The notes beneath the pieces are model-generated. The model saw only the letters and a program-made list of their open reading frames with translations, had not been told where the DNA came from and made no database searches. Of a stretch of DNA of 21,738 nucleotides, positions 1-8,031 are shown piece by piece. Position numbers and translations under genes: made by a program. The stretch is taken from positions 1-21,738 of the forward strand of contig CAXBPH010000103.1 of assembly GCA_963977445.1 (NCBI GenBank). The letters run 5' to 3'. Numbering within the stretch: position 1 is the stretch's first letter; each line of letters opens with the position of its first letter. This stretch comes from an uncultured bacterium (GTDB lineage Bacteria; Hydrogenedentota; Hydrogenedentia; Hydrogenedentales; JAEUWI01).

Positions 1-1445
1 CCGAAGGCACCGTCTGGTTCGCTACCGCAAAAGGCGTTGGCGCCATCAAACGGATTCCAATGACTTTGGCACAAAAGGCCGACTTCTACGAAGAAGAAGC
101 GGAAAAATATATCCGACGGACGCCTTTCGGCTACCTTTCTGAAGTCTCGACCGACGCGCCGGGTGATACGAGCGTCATCCACTATAACGACAGTGACAAC
201 GACGGCCTTTGGACCAGCATGTACGGTGCCGGTGAATGTTTCGCCTACGGCGCTACCAAAGACCCCAAAGCCAAGGATCGGGCAACCCGCGCCTTTGAGG
301 CCCTGCGCTTTCTACAGAAAGTCACCCAGACCGGTGATATTCGCCCACCCAAGGGTTACGTAGCCCGTACCGTTCGTTCCACCGATTTGCCCGACCCCAA
401 TGTCGGTCGCGTAGAACGGGACAAGGAAACCAAGGCCACCGACGATTCACAGTGGAAGGTTTATGAGCCCCGCTGGCCCAAGAGTGGTGACGGAAAGTGG
501 TATTGGAAGAGTGACACCAGTTCAGACGAGCTTGATGGCCACTTCTTCTTCTACCCCCTGTACTATGACCTGGTCGCCGAGACCCCCGAAGAAAAAGAGC
601 GGGTCAAAGAAGTCCTTCGTGATCTCATTGATCACATGATCGATCATAACTTTACCCTCACCGACCACGATGGCACGCCCACCCGCTGGTCGGACTACAG
701 CCCGGAATCCCTCAACCACAACTGGGTATGGTGGTCCGAGCGGGGCCTCAAGTCCCTTAGCATTTTGTCCTACCTTACGGTAGCAGAGCATATGCTGGGC
801 GACCAGAAATACACCGATGCCATCAACATGCTTATGGCGGATCATGCCTTCGACACCAACGCCATGGTAACGAAGATTCAGCGTGGCGTCGGCTCCGGTA
901 ACCAATCCGATGATGAAATGGCCTTCATGAGCTACTACAACATCGTGAAATACACCAAGAATGAGACCTTGAAACAGGACATGCTCTACTCGTTCTATTC
1001 CTACTACATTCTCACCGAACCCGAGCTCAATCCCTACTTCAATTTCTCCTACGCCGCGATGGCCGAAGGAGCTATGTTCACGAATCCATGGGGCACACAT
1101 CCCATTCCACCATGGGACGGATGGCTCACCGACAGTGTAGAAACTCTGAAGGACTTTCCGCTGGATCGATTCAACTGGTCTCACAAGAACAGCCACCGTC
1201 TTGATTTGGTCAAACTGAATCGTCAGGCCGCCTTTGAGCCCGCCGAGCCCGACCAGCCCATCCGTCGCGGCTACCGCAACAATGGCAAGGTATTGCCGGT
1301 GTCGGAGCGCTTCTTCAATCACTGGAATACCGACCCCTGGCACCTCGACTACGGCGGTAATGGTCAGGGATTGGGAAGTGGAACGGTATACTTGCTGCCC
1401 TACTACATGGGTCTCTATCACGGCTTCATCGAGGAAACCGAATAA
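1..1445 (+). CDS. 5'-truncated uncharacterised protein; end of a beta-propeller-like repeat followed by a probable (alpha/alpha)6-barrel, glycoside-hydrolase-like domain
   Basis: The frame of the 60..1445 ORF is open to the window edge (EGTVWFATAKGVGAIKRIP-M). GTVWFAT.KGV resembles a two-component-regulator propeller repeat. The C-terminal part has acidic motifs SDNDGLWTSMY, DTSSDELDGH and NQSDDEMAF among helical, aromatic-rich segments. A terminator follows the TAA. Confidence 0.7.
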   Translation, partial: EGTVWFATAKGVGAIKRIPMTLAQKADFYEEEAEKYIRRTPFGYLSEVSTDAPGDTSVIHYNDSDNDGLWTSMYGAGECFAYGATKDPKAKDRATRAFEALRFLQKVTQTGDIRPPKGYVARTVRSTDLPDPNVGRVERDKETKATDDSQWKVYEPRWPKSGDGKWYWKSDTSSDELDGHFFFYPLYYDLVAETPEEKERVKEVLRDLIDHMIDHNFTLTDHDGTPTRWSDYSPESLNHNWVWWSERGLKSLSILSYLTVAEHMLGDQKYTDAINMLMADHAFDTNAMVTKIQRGVGSGNQSDDEMAFMSYYNIVKYTKNETLKQDMLYSFYSYYILTEPELNPYFNFSYAAMAEGAMFTNPWGTHPIPPWDGWLTDSVETLKDFPLDRFNWSHKNSHRLDLVKLNRQAAFEPAEPDQPIRRGYRNNGKVLPVSERFFNHWNTDPWHLDYGGNGQGLGSGTVYLLPYYMGLYHGFIEETE

Positions 1446-1472
1446 GAATCCCGACTAACCATCTATTTCGAA

Positions 1473-1509
1473 CCGCGTCACGAAACAATTCGTGGCGCGG
1501 ATTTTATTT
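1473..1509 (+). terminator. Rho-independent terminator
   Basis: CCGCGTCACGAA-ACAA-TTCGTGGCGCGG is a 12-bp stem with one G-U pair, followed by ATTTTATTT, 27 nt after the stop at 1445. Confidence 0.85.
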
Positions 1510-1694
1510 GGTGCGAAACGCGTACCAATGGGTATATAAGATGTAGTCTCAAATCACATTGAGCCAACCCAGGAACCCTGGCAGTGTCACGACACAAGCC
1601 AGCTGCTCAAAAAGACGTGAACACGACGTCGGCACTCCCGCACCGACGTCTCCAACACCACCAGCAACCTGTTCAATCAATAAGGCCTTCCAAA

Positions 1695-3083
1695 ATGATA
1701 ACGTCGTTTCTTCGGACCACCCTTGCTGTTTTTTCTATTCTCATCGCTGGCCTGGGGGCCATTGCTGCCCCCTTGGGCCCGCCGACGCCCCTCGCCATCA
1801 GCGAAAATAGTCGCTATCTTGTACACACCGATGGCACCCCGTTTTTTTACCTTGCCGATACGGCTTGGGAGCTTTTTCATCGACTCGACCGTGAAGAAGC
1901 GGAATTGTACTTGCGCAATCGGGCCGACAAAGGTTTCACGGTCATTCAGGCCGTGGCTCTCGGGGAGCTCGAAGGCTTAACGGTGGGTAACGCCTTCAAT
2001 GAATTACCCTTCATTGATATGGATGCCTCGCGCCCCAACGAACAATATTTTGCCCACGTCGATTGGATTGTCGAAAAAGCAGCGTCCTTGGGCCTCTATA
2101 TCGGCCTGTTGCCCAGCTGGGGCTGTTGGGTCGGGGGGAACGATCCTGGACAGCCCAACAACGACTTTATCAATGGGAACAACGCAGCCGCCTACGGTGC
2201 CTATTTGGCGCAACGCTATGTGGACAAGCCCATCATATGGATACTCGGTGGTGACCGCATGCCCACCAATTCCAGAGCTGCGTGGGAGGCCATGGCCGCC
2301 GGCATTCGAAGCGTTGTGGGGAAGGACCAACTGATTTCCTATCATCCCTCTTTGGAGTACAATGGGGAACTCCATGATGCACCCTGGCTCGACTTCACCA
2401 TGATTCAGAGCGCACACTCCTCCTCGACCACCAACTATGTCGGTATCGAACGGGAATATGCCCGAATGCCCGTCAAGCCCTGCATGGACTCGGAACCGGC
2501 CTATGAATTTCCGCCGGGAACCGCACCAGCACATATCGACGTGGGGCCCACACAGATTCGTCGCAATGCCTATTGGGCCATCTTCGCAGGGGCCCATGGC
2601 CACGCCTACGGCACACACCCCGTCTGGCAGATGTATGACGTGGGTCGCAAATCCGAATGGTTTGCCCAGTCCCCGTGGCACCAGAACCTGGATCTTCCCG
2701 GGGTAAGCCAGCTGCCCTTTCTCAAACGCCTGATGCTGAGTCGTCCATTCCTGACACGCATTCCAGACCAGTCCGTAATTGCTTCAGATATCCCCCAGGG
2801 GCTTGCACGCCTGCAGGCGACCCGCGATGGCGTAGCGGGTGCTCAGGACGCCACCTACCTCATGGTCTACTTTCCCCAACACGCACGTGCCTCAATTAAC
2901 ACCGCACTCATAGGAAGTCCTTCTCTAAAAGGATGGTGGTTTAATCCACGGACCGGTGTAAGCACGGCAATTGAAGCGTGGGCAAACGCAGCCGTCAAGG
3001 AATTTGAAACTCCCAACGACCAAGAGGACGCGGACTGGATCCTCATAATTGACGATGGGACGAAGACCTACCAGGCACCCTGA
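1695..3083 (+). CDS. Secreted GH140/DUF4038 (apiosidase-like) glycoside hydrolase with C-terminal collagen-binding-like domain, paralog 1
   Basis: Motifs PFFYLADTAWELFHRL, KGFTVIQAV, WILGGDR, EPAYE, RRNAYWAIFAGAHGHAYG, WWFNPRTG and DWILII. ATG 1695 (MITSFLRTTLAVFSILIAGLGAIAA) gives a Sec signal peptide and 462 aa, the same length as paralog 2, so it is preferred over 1584. Confidence 0.85.
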   Translation: MITSFLRTTLAVFSILIAGLGAIAAPLGPPTPLAISENSRYLVHTDGTPFFYLADTAWELFHRLDREEAELYLRNRADKGFTVIQAVALGELEGLTVGNAFNELPFIDMDASRPNEQYFAHVDWIVEKAASLGLYIGLLPSWGCWVGGNDPGQPNNDFINGNNAAAYGAYLAQRYVDKPIIWILGGDRMPTNSRAAWEAMAAGIRSVVGKDQLISYHPSLEYNGELHDAPWLDFTMIQSAHSSSTTNYVGIEREYARMPVKPCMDSEPAYEFPPGTAPAHIDVGPTQIRRNAYWAIFAGAHGHAYGTHPVWQMYDVGRKSEWFAQSPWHQNLDLPGVSQLPFLKRLMLSRPFLTRIPDQSVIASDIPQGLARLQATRDGVAGAQDATYLMVYFPQHARASINTALIGSPSLKGWWFNPRTGVSTAIEAWANAAVKEFETPNDQEDADWILIIDDGTKTYQAP

Positions 3084-3146
3084 CGTCGGGCAATGGGACC
3101 GACGCTATGGCGCGTTGCTATGAAGACGTCCGCGGGTTGTGTTCCA

Positions 3147-3175
3147 TTGACAATTCAAGTACGTATTGGTAACGT
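3147..3175 (+). promoter_or_regulatory. Sigma70-type promoter for GH140 paralog 2
   Basis: Perfect TTGACA (3147-3152), 17-bp spacer, then TG-n-TAACGT (3170-3175), 70 nt upstream of ATG 3246. Confidence 0.65.
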
Positions 3176-3245
3176 GACACCAGCGGCAGTGAAGGACTTC
3201 GGATTGCCTTCACCGGATAAAACCATGCAGAAAACGGAGCAGTAA

Positions 3246-4634
3246 ATGTCAAATCTTTCCCTTCGGACAGGTATACTTGTCGGCATTGTGGCAGCCGTCA
3301 CTTCATTGTATTCGCCCGTTGCGATGGCAGACACGTCACCCTTAAAAATAAGCGAGAATGGCCGGTACCTGGTACACACCGACGGCACGCCGTTTTTCTA
3401 TCTCGGCGATACGGCCTGGGAACTTTTTCATCGTTTAAATCGTGAAGAGGCCGAGTCCTATCTTCGAAATCGGGCCGATAAAGGCTATACGGTCATCCAG
3501 GCGGTAGTCATCGCAGAAATCAGCGGCCTGACCCGGGGAAACGCCTATGACGAAAAACCCTTCATCGCAAAAAGTTCCGAGCGCCCCAACAAGGACTATT
3601 TTGCCCATGTCGACTGGATTGTCGACAAAGCAGAATCCTTGGGCCTCTATATCGGCATGTTGCCCAGCTGGGGACGTTGGGTCGGTGGCAACGATGAAGG
3701 CAAAGACTACAACGATTTCTTCAATGAGACGAATGCCCAGGCCTATGGGGAGTTCCTGGCAAAGCGATACGTTGACAAGCCCATAATCTGGATCCTGGGT
3801 GGCGATCGTCAGCCCACCAAAACGCGGGCCGTCTGGGATGCCATGGCCGCCGGAATTCGCAGCGTTGTGGGGGAGAAGCAGCTGATGAGTTACCACCCCC
3901 GGACGGACACCTCGACAGAGCTCCATGGAGCCTCCTGGCTCGACTTCAATATGATTCAGAGTGGCCACTCGCCAGAGAGCGTAAACTATGGAGCCATCGA
4001 ACGGGACTACGCGCTGGTACCGATAAAACCTTGTATGGATTCGGAACCGGCCTACGAATATCCCCCGGACGCCATGCCGGAGAACCGTCCCGTTGGCGCG
4101 ATCCAGGTCCGTCGCAACGCCTATTGGGCCCTGTTCGCAGGTGCCCATGGCCACACCTACGGCACCCACCCCATTTGGCAGATGTATGACGTGGGCCGCG
4201 AGCCACGATGGGATGTGACGACGCCCTGGCACCAGAGTATGGATTTGCCGGGGGCCAGTCAGTTGCCCTTTCTCAAACGTCTGATGCTGAGTCGCCCGTT
4301 CCTGACACGCATTCCCGATCAAACTGTCATTGCTTCTGAGATCCCCCAGGGTATCGCACGTATTCAGGCTACCCGGGATGGACAACCCGGTGTCCAGGAT
4401 GCCACCTATCTCATGGCCTATTTCCCGAAACACGCGACGGCCACCATAAATACGGCGCTTATCACGGGCGACTCGCTTGAGGGATGGTGGTTCAATCCAC
4501 GCACAGGGGAGAGCACGCCCCTCGAGGCCTGGAAAAAGACGAACACCCGCGAAGTAACCCCGCCGACAAACGTCGATGGGGAAGACTGGGTCCTGGTTAT
4601 TGATGATGCGTCAAAAGGCTATGAAGCCCCCTGA
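3246..4634 (+). CDS. Secreted GH140/DUF4038 (apiosidase-like) glycoside hydrolase, paralog 2
   Basis: Same motif set (PFFYLGDTAWELFHRL, WILGGDR, YHPR, QSGH, EPAYE, WWFNPRTG). Signal peptide ends VAMA-D. GGAG RBS lies upstream. Confidence 0.88.
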   Translation: MSNLSLRTGILVGIVAAVTSLYSPVAMADTSPLKISENGRYLVHTDGTPFFYLGDTAWELFHRLNREEAESYLRNRADKGYTVIQAVVIAEISGLTRGNAYDEKPFIAKSSERPNKDYFAHVDWIVDKAESLGLYIGMLPSWGRWVGGNDEGKDYNDFFNETNAQAYGEFLAKRYVDKPIIWILGGDRQPTKTRAVWDAMAAGIRSVVGEKQLMSYHPRTDTSTELHGASWLDFNMIQSGHSPESVNYGAIERDYALVPIKPCMDSEPAYEYPPDAMPENRPVGAIQVRRNAYWALFAGAHGHTYGTHPIWQMYDVGREPRWDVTTPWHQSMDLPGASQLPFLKRLMLSRPFLTRIPDQTVIASEIPQGIARIQATRDGQPGVQDATYLMAYFPKHATATINTALITGDSLEGWWFNPRTGESTPLEAWKKTNTREVTPPTNVDGEDWVLVIDDASKGYEAP

Positions 4635-4642
4635 AACCGGCA

Positions 4643-4927
4643 ATGAGTGAGGACGGCACCATGGAATGTCTGTGCGGGTACTCTTTTGTGAAAGCATTGT
4701 TGGAAGGGAAACGGCCCTACCAGAATTATGCACTGATAGACGACGACCAGTACCAGGAATTCCTGGGGGCAGAGTTGAAGGTCGCCGAATATCCTACGTT
4801 GAATAACATAAGCGACGCTTCCCGCTTTGTCGGGAACCTTCGTCACTGTCCCGAGTGCGGCACCGTTGGCATCAGCTGGCCAGACACCGACAGACCCGAT
4901 TCCTACTTCAAGGAAATTACACCATGA
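4643..4927 (+). CDS. Small hypothetical protein with CxC and CxxC motifs (putative zinc-binding)
   Basis: 94-aa ORF starting 8 nt after the GH140 stop (an alternative start is the later MECLCG). Contains CLCG and HCPECG. Its TGA overlaps the next ATG (ATGA at 4924-4927). Confidence 0.6.
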   Translation: MSEDGTMECLCGYSFVKALLEGKRPYQNYALIDDDQYQEFLGAELKVAEYPTLNNISDASRFVGNLRHCPECGTVGISWPDTDRPDSYFKEITP

Positions 4928-5277
4928 CCCCGGAGACATTTCAAAAACATGCGCTGGCCTTCCCGGAAGTTACGGAAGAGCCCCATTTCGAAAAGACATC
5001 GTTTCGTATCCGTAAGAAAATTTTTGCCACCATGAGTCTCGACACCGCCGAAGTGGTCTTGAAACTCAGTCCCCTCGAACAACGGGTCATCTGCGACAAT
5101 GGCAACGGTGCCTTCAATCCCGTAATGGGGAGCTGGGGTGAGAAAGGGTGGACCGCCGTCAATCTCAAGAAAGGCGAACGCCGGCTCATCCTCGACGCCA
5201 TGGCCTGCGCGTACGGCCTCGTAGCGCCAAAATCGCTGGCCAACGTCGTGCTGCCAGACAAAGAGCGCGAGCAATAG
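4924..5277 (+). CDS. MmcQ/YjbR family protein
   Basis: MTPETFQKHALAFPEVTEEPHFEKTSFRIRKKIFATM...WGEKGWTAVNL...AYGLVAPK is the typical YjbR pattern. ATG 4924 has an AAGGA RBS and an ATGA overlap. Confidence 0.85.
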   Translation: MTPETFQKHALAFPEVTEEPHFEKTSFRIRKKIFATMSLDTAEVVLKLSPLEQRVICDNGNGAFNPVMGSWGEKGWTAVNLKKGERRLILDAMACAYGLVAPKSLANVVLPDKEREQ

Positions 5278-5324
5278 GAAGCTGAGTTCTCCCAGCACAT
5301 ACCCCGCCACGGGGTGCCTGCGCC

Positions 5325-5920
5325 TCAGGCTGCCAACAATTCCTGTAGGCCGCCTACAATCATCTCGCCGCCAATGGCCCCCACAAACGGGGCCATCATG
5401 CGCATCAACACATCGAAGTGCTTGGCCAATCGGATTTTCCGCTACGTTTCACCCGTTCGAAATAACCAGTACACACTAAAGATGAAGGCCATGTTGGTTG
5501 CCAGCACGCCCAAAATAAGCCCAGAGGCCATGGGAGCGGGATATAACTGCCCCATGAGAATGCTCACCCAAAGCATGCCCGGGCCGACCATATAGGGCAA
5601 CGTAATGTTCGGTGCCAAATCAGAAATGTCTCCGCGAAACAACACGGTACTACCTTCGCCAACCGTAATAAATCGATACGCGACATAGATATTAAACAGA
5701 CCACCGAAAACCCGTAACGATCCAAGACGAACCTGAAACACCTGATCGAGCAAAGGTTCCCCAAATAACGTGAACACCACAAAATCAGAAACGAATAAAA
5801 AGAAGCCCGAACGTGGACACCAAGGAAGGTGCGAAAGTCCAGGCGATCAATAAGTTCGCGCAGGTAGAGCGCCTGGAAAAAGGGGGCGAGAAAAATCAAC
5901 ATGAGGGCAAATAACTTCAA
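5325..5920 (-). pseudogene. marC: MarC (NAAT) family membrane protein, disrupted by a 1-nt frameshift and an in-frame TAG
   Basis: Three pieces join into a ~198-aa MarC-like protein: ORF 5920-5783 (LKLFALMLIFLAPF...RASFYSFLI), ORF 5780-5442 (VVFTLFGEPLL...LRVFGGL...LPYMVGPG...), and the in-frame continuation past TAG 5444-5442 (RKIRLAKHFDVLMRMMAPFVGAIGGEMIVGGLQELLAA-TGA at 5327-5325). One base is missing at the A4 run 5781-5784. Confidence 0.8.
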
Positions 5921-5925
5921 CAGAT

Positions 5926-6702
5926 TCAGGACTCCAGTACGGCATTGAGAAATTCTCGGGTACGAGGGTGTTTCGGATCGGAAAAAATTTTCTCGGGCGT
6001 ATCTATTTCAAGAACTTTTCCATGATCCATGAAAGCCACCCTATCGGAAATCTCCTGGGCGAACCGCATTTCATGGGTCACGAGTATCATGGTCATATCG
6101 GTTTCATGGGCCAACTCGCGCAACACGTTGAGCACTTCGCCGACGAGTTCCGGGTCCAGGGCGGAAGTCACTTCGTCGAAAAGCATTACCTTAGGCTGCA
6201 ACGCCAGGGCCCGCGCAATGCCAACCCGTTGCTTTTGTCCACCGGAGAGTTGCGCTGGATAGGCGTCGAGCTTGTCACCGAGCCCCACCCGTTCCAACAA
6301 TTGACGGCCCCGGTCTTCCGCCTCAGCGCGAGACATCTTTTGAACATGTCGTGGTGCCACCGACACGTTACCCAGCGCGGTCATGTGAGGAAAAAGGTTG
6401 AAGTGTTGAAACACCATCCCGATTTCAGAACGCATCTTCTTCAGGTGGCGTCGATCGGCAGGGACGTCTACGCCGTTTCGCTTCATATGCCAGAGACGCT
6501 CGCCCTCGATTTCGATGCTTCCGGCGTCGGGCTTCTCCAAGGTCATCAGAATCCGGAGGAAAGTCGATTTTCCTGAACCACTCGGGCCGATTATGGAGAG
6601 CTTCTCGCCAGCCTGAATGTCCATATCGAAAGATTTCAACACCTCGGTAGATCCAAATTTCTTGCAGAGGCCCTTTATGGAAAGCATGGGGGCGTCACTC
6701 AT
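5926..6702 (-). CDS. ehuA: Ectoine/hydroxyectoine ABC transporter ATP-binding protein
   Basis: Walker A GPSGSGKS, signature LSGGQKQR, and [16 protein letters not shown]. Start ATG 6702 has an AGGAG RBS and an ATGA overlap with the ehuD stop. Context is next to ectABCD. Confidence 0.92.
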   Translation of the reverse strand: MSDAPMLSIKGLCKKFGSTEVLKSFDMDIQAGEKLSIIGPSGSGKSTFLRILMTLEKPDAGSIEIEGERLWHMKRNGVDVPADRRHLKKMRSEIGMVFQHFNLFPHMTALGNVSVAPRHVQKMSRAEAEDRGRQLLERVGLGDKLDAYPAQLSGGQKQRVGIARALALQPKVMLFDEVTSALDPELVGEVLNVLRELAHETDMTMILVTHEMRFAQEISDRVAFMDHGKVLEIDTPEKIFSDPKHPRTREFLNAVLES

Positions 6703-7364
6703 ATTCTTAACTCCTGCGCACCAAAACGTTGCTCCGCCCATCGTACGCCGCGGGCAGCCACCAGACTGAGCAACAGAAAGAGTCCGCCAACAAGGGTGAG
6801 CGGTTCCAGGTAGCGAAAGGATTCAGAGCCAATAATCTTGGCCGTCTGTAGCAGTTCAAGCACGGTAATGGCGGATAGCATGGGCGTATCTTTAAACATG
6901 GCGACCAGATAGTTGCCCATGGCCGGAATGGTCGGGGGGAGGGCCTGGGGAAGAATCACATAGCGCCAGGTCTGGGCCGGTGTGAAGTTCATGGCCTTGG
7001 CCGCTTCCCACTGCCCCTTGGGCACCGATTCTATTCCGGCACGATACACTTCCGCAATATAGGCACTGTAATGAACACCGAGGGCCACAATACCCGCCAC
7101 CATGGGGGAGAGGCGAAGACCCACTTCTGGAAGGATATAGTAAAGAAAGTAAATTTGCACCAATATGGGGGTGCTACGAATAAACTCTACCCAGTAATGG
7201 GTCACAAAGGCCAACGGGCGAAAAGGACTGCGGCGCAGGAGCACCCAGACCAGCCCCAACACCGAAGCTAGCAGCATACCCAGGATGGTCGCATACACGG
7301 TGACGCGAAGTGCCCAGAGCAGTTGGGGGAGGATCGACCATGCAAAGGCCCAATCGAAAATCAC
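6699..7364 (-). CDS. ehuD: Ectoine/hydroxyectoine ABC transporter permease
   Basis: [49 protein letters not shown] and [16 protein letters not shown] 7364 overlaps the ehuC TGA (GTGA) and has a GGAGG RBS. Confidence 0.9.
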   Translation of the reverse strand: MIFDWAFAWSILPQLLWALRVTVYATILGMLLASVLGLVWVLLRRSPFRPLAFVTHYWVEFIRSTPILVQIYFLYYILPEVGLRLSPMVAGIVALGVHYSAYIAEVYRAGIESVPKGQWEAAKAMNFTPAQTWRYVILPQALPPTIPAMGNYLVAMFKDTPMLSAITVLELLQTAKIIGSESFRYLEPLTLVGGLFLLLSLVAARGVRWAEQRFGAQELRI

Positions 7365-8023
7365 GACGTGCCCTCCAGATGCCATCCTCGTTTCAAACGG
7401 ACTTCGATGCGACGCACGAGAAAGACCAGGCACTGGGCAATGACGAAATAGATTACCAGCAACATGCCAAACACCTGGGCCGTCTGCAAGGTCTCTGCAC
7501 GCAGAATCATGCCCTTAAACGTAAGATCACCCAGCGTAATCAGCGAAACGAGGGCCGTGCTCTTCAAAAGCTCGATCAGCAGGTTTCCTGCAGGAGGCAA
7601 TATCGAAATAATCGCCTGAGGAACGATAATAAGCCACAGGCGTTGCAGGGGAGAGAAATTCAGGGCCGTGCTGGCTTCATATTGACCTTTGGACACCGAC
7701 TGAATCGAACCCCGAACGAGTTCTGCACCATAGGCTCCAATATTGAGACCCAGTACGAGAATGCCGGCCGTCATGGGGGAGAGGCGGACGCCAAACAAGG
7801 GCAACCCATAGAAAAACCAAAATAACTGCACCAAGGCAGACGTTCCACGGAAGACTTCCACATAGACATTCGCAGGCCAACGCACCCACCGCGTAGCACT
7901 AAGTTTTCCCAGACCGGCCACCCATGCGAGTACACATGCGACGACGGCACCCCCCAGGGTCAATTGCAGGGTAACCCAGAGGCCCTCCAAAATGGGGGCC
8001 ACAAGATGTGTCGGGATGGACAT
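7361..8023 (-). CDS. ehuC: Ectoine/hydroxyectoine ABC transporter permease
   Basis: YVEVFRGTSALVQLFWFFY, GAYGAELVRGSIQSVSKGQYEA and ELLKSTALVSLITL are polar amino-acid ABC permease motifs of EhuC type. Confidence 0.9.
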   Translation of the reverse strand: MSIPTHLVAPILEGLWVTLQLTLGGAVVACVLAWVAGLGKLSATRWVRWPANVYVEVFRGTSALVQLFWFFYGLPLFGVRLSPMTAGILVLGLNIGAYGAELVRGSIQSVSKGQYEASTALNFSPLQRLWLIIVPQAIISILPPAGNLLIELLKSTALVSLITLGDLTFKGMILRAETLQTAQVFGMLLVIYFVIAQCLVFLVRRIEVRLKRGWHLEGTS

Positions 8024-8031
8024 GGTGTCAG

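Noticed and set aside
1584..1694. Extended N-terminus of GH140 paralog 1
   Set aside because: It would bury the signal peptide. ATG 1695 matches paralog 2 in length.
522..4433. Long antisense ORFs 522-1421, 2004-2681 and 3435-4433 (likewise 15489-16697)
   Set aside because: They mirror well-supported genes on the opposite strand. The similarity between the two GH140-antisense ORFs simply reflects the duplication.
5301..5315. Hairpin ACCCCG-CCA-CGGGGT between convergent yjbR and marC as an intrinsic terminator
   Set aside because: Only a 6-bp stem with no U-tract on either strand; too weak to call.
5442..5444. TAG recoding (pyrrolysine or stop reassignment) to explain the marC internal stop
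   Set aside because: TAG ends yjbR, ehuB, ectD, ectR and aidB at their expected C-termini, and the same gene also has a frameshift. Decay or assembly error is simpler.
5442..5920. Two independent small membrane proteins (ORFs 5442-5780 and 5564-5920)
   Set aside because: They overlap by more than 200 nt and join into one MarC-like sequence.
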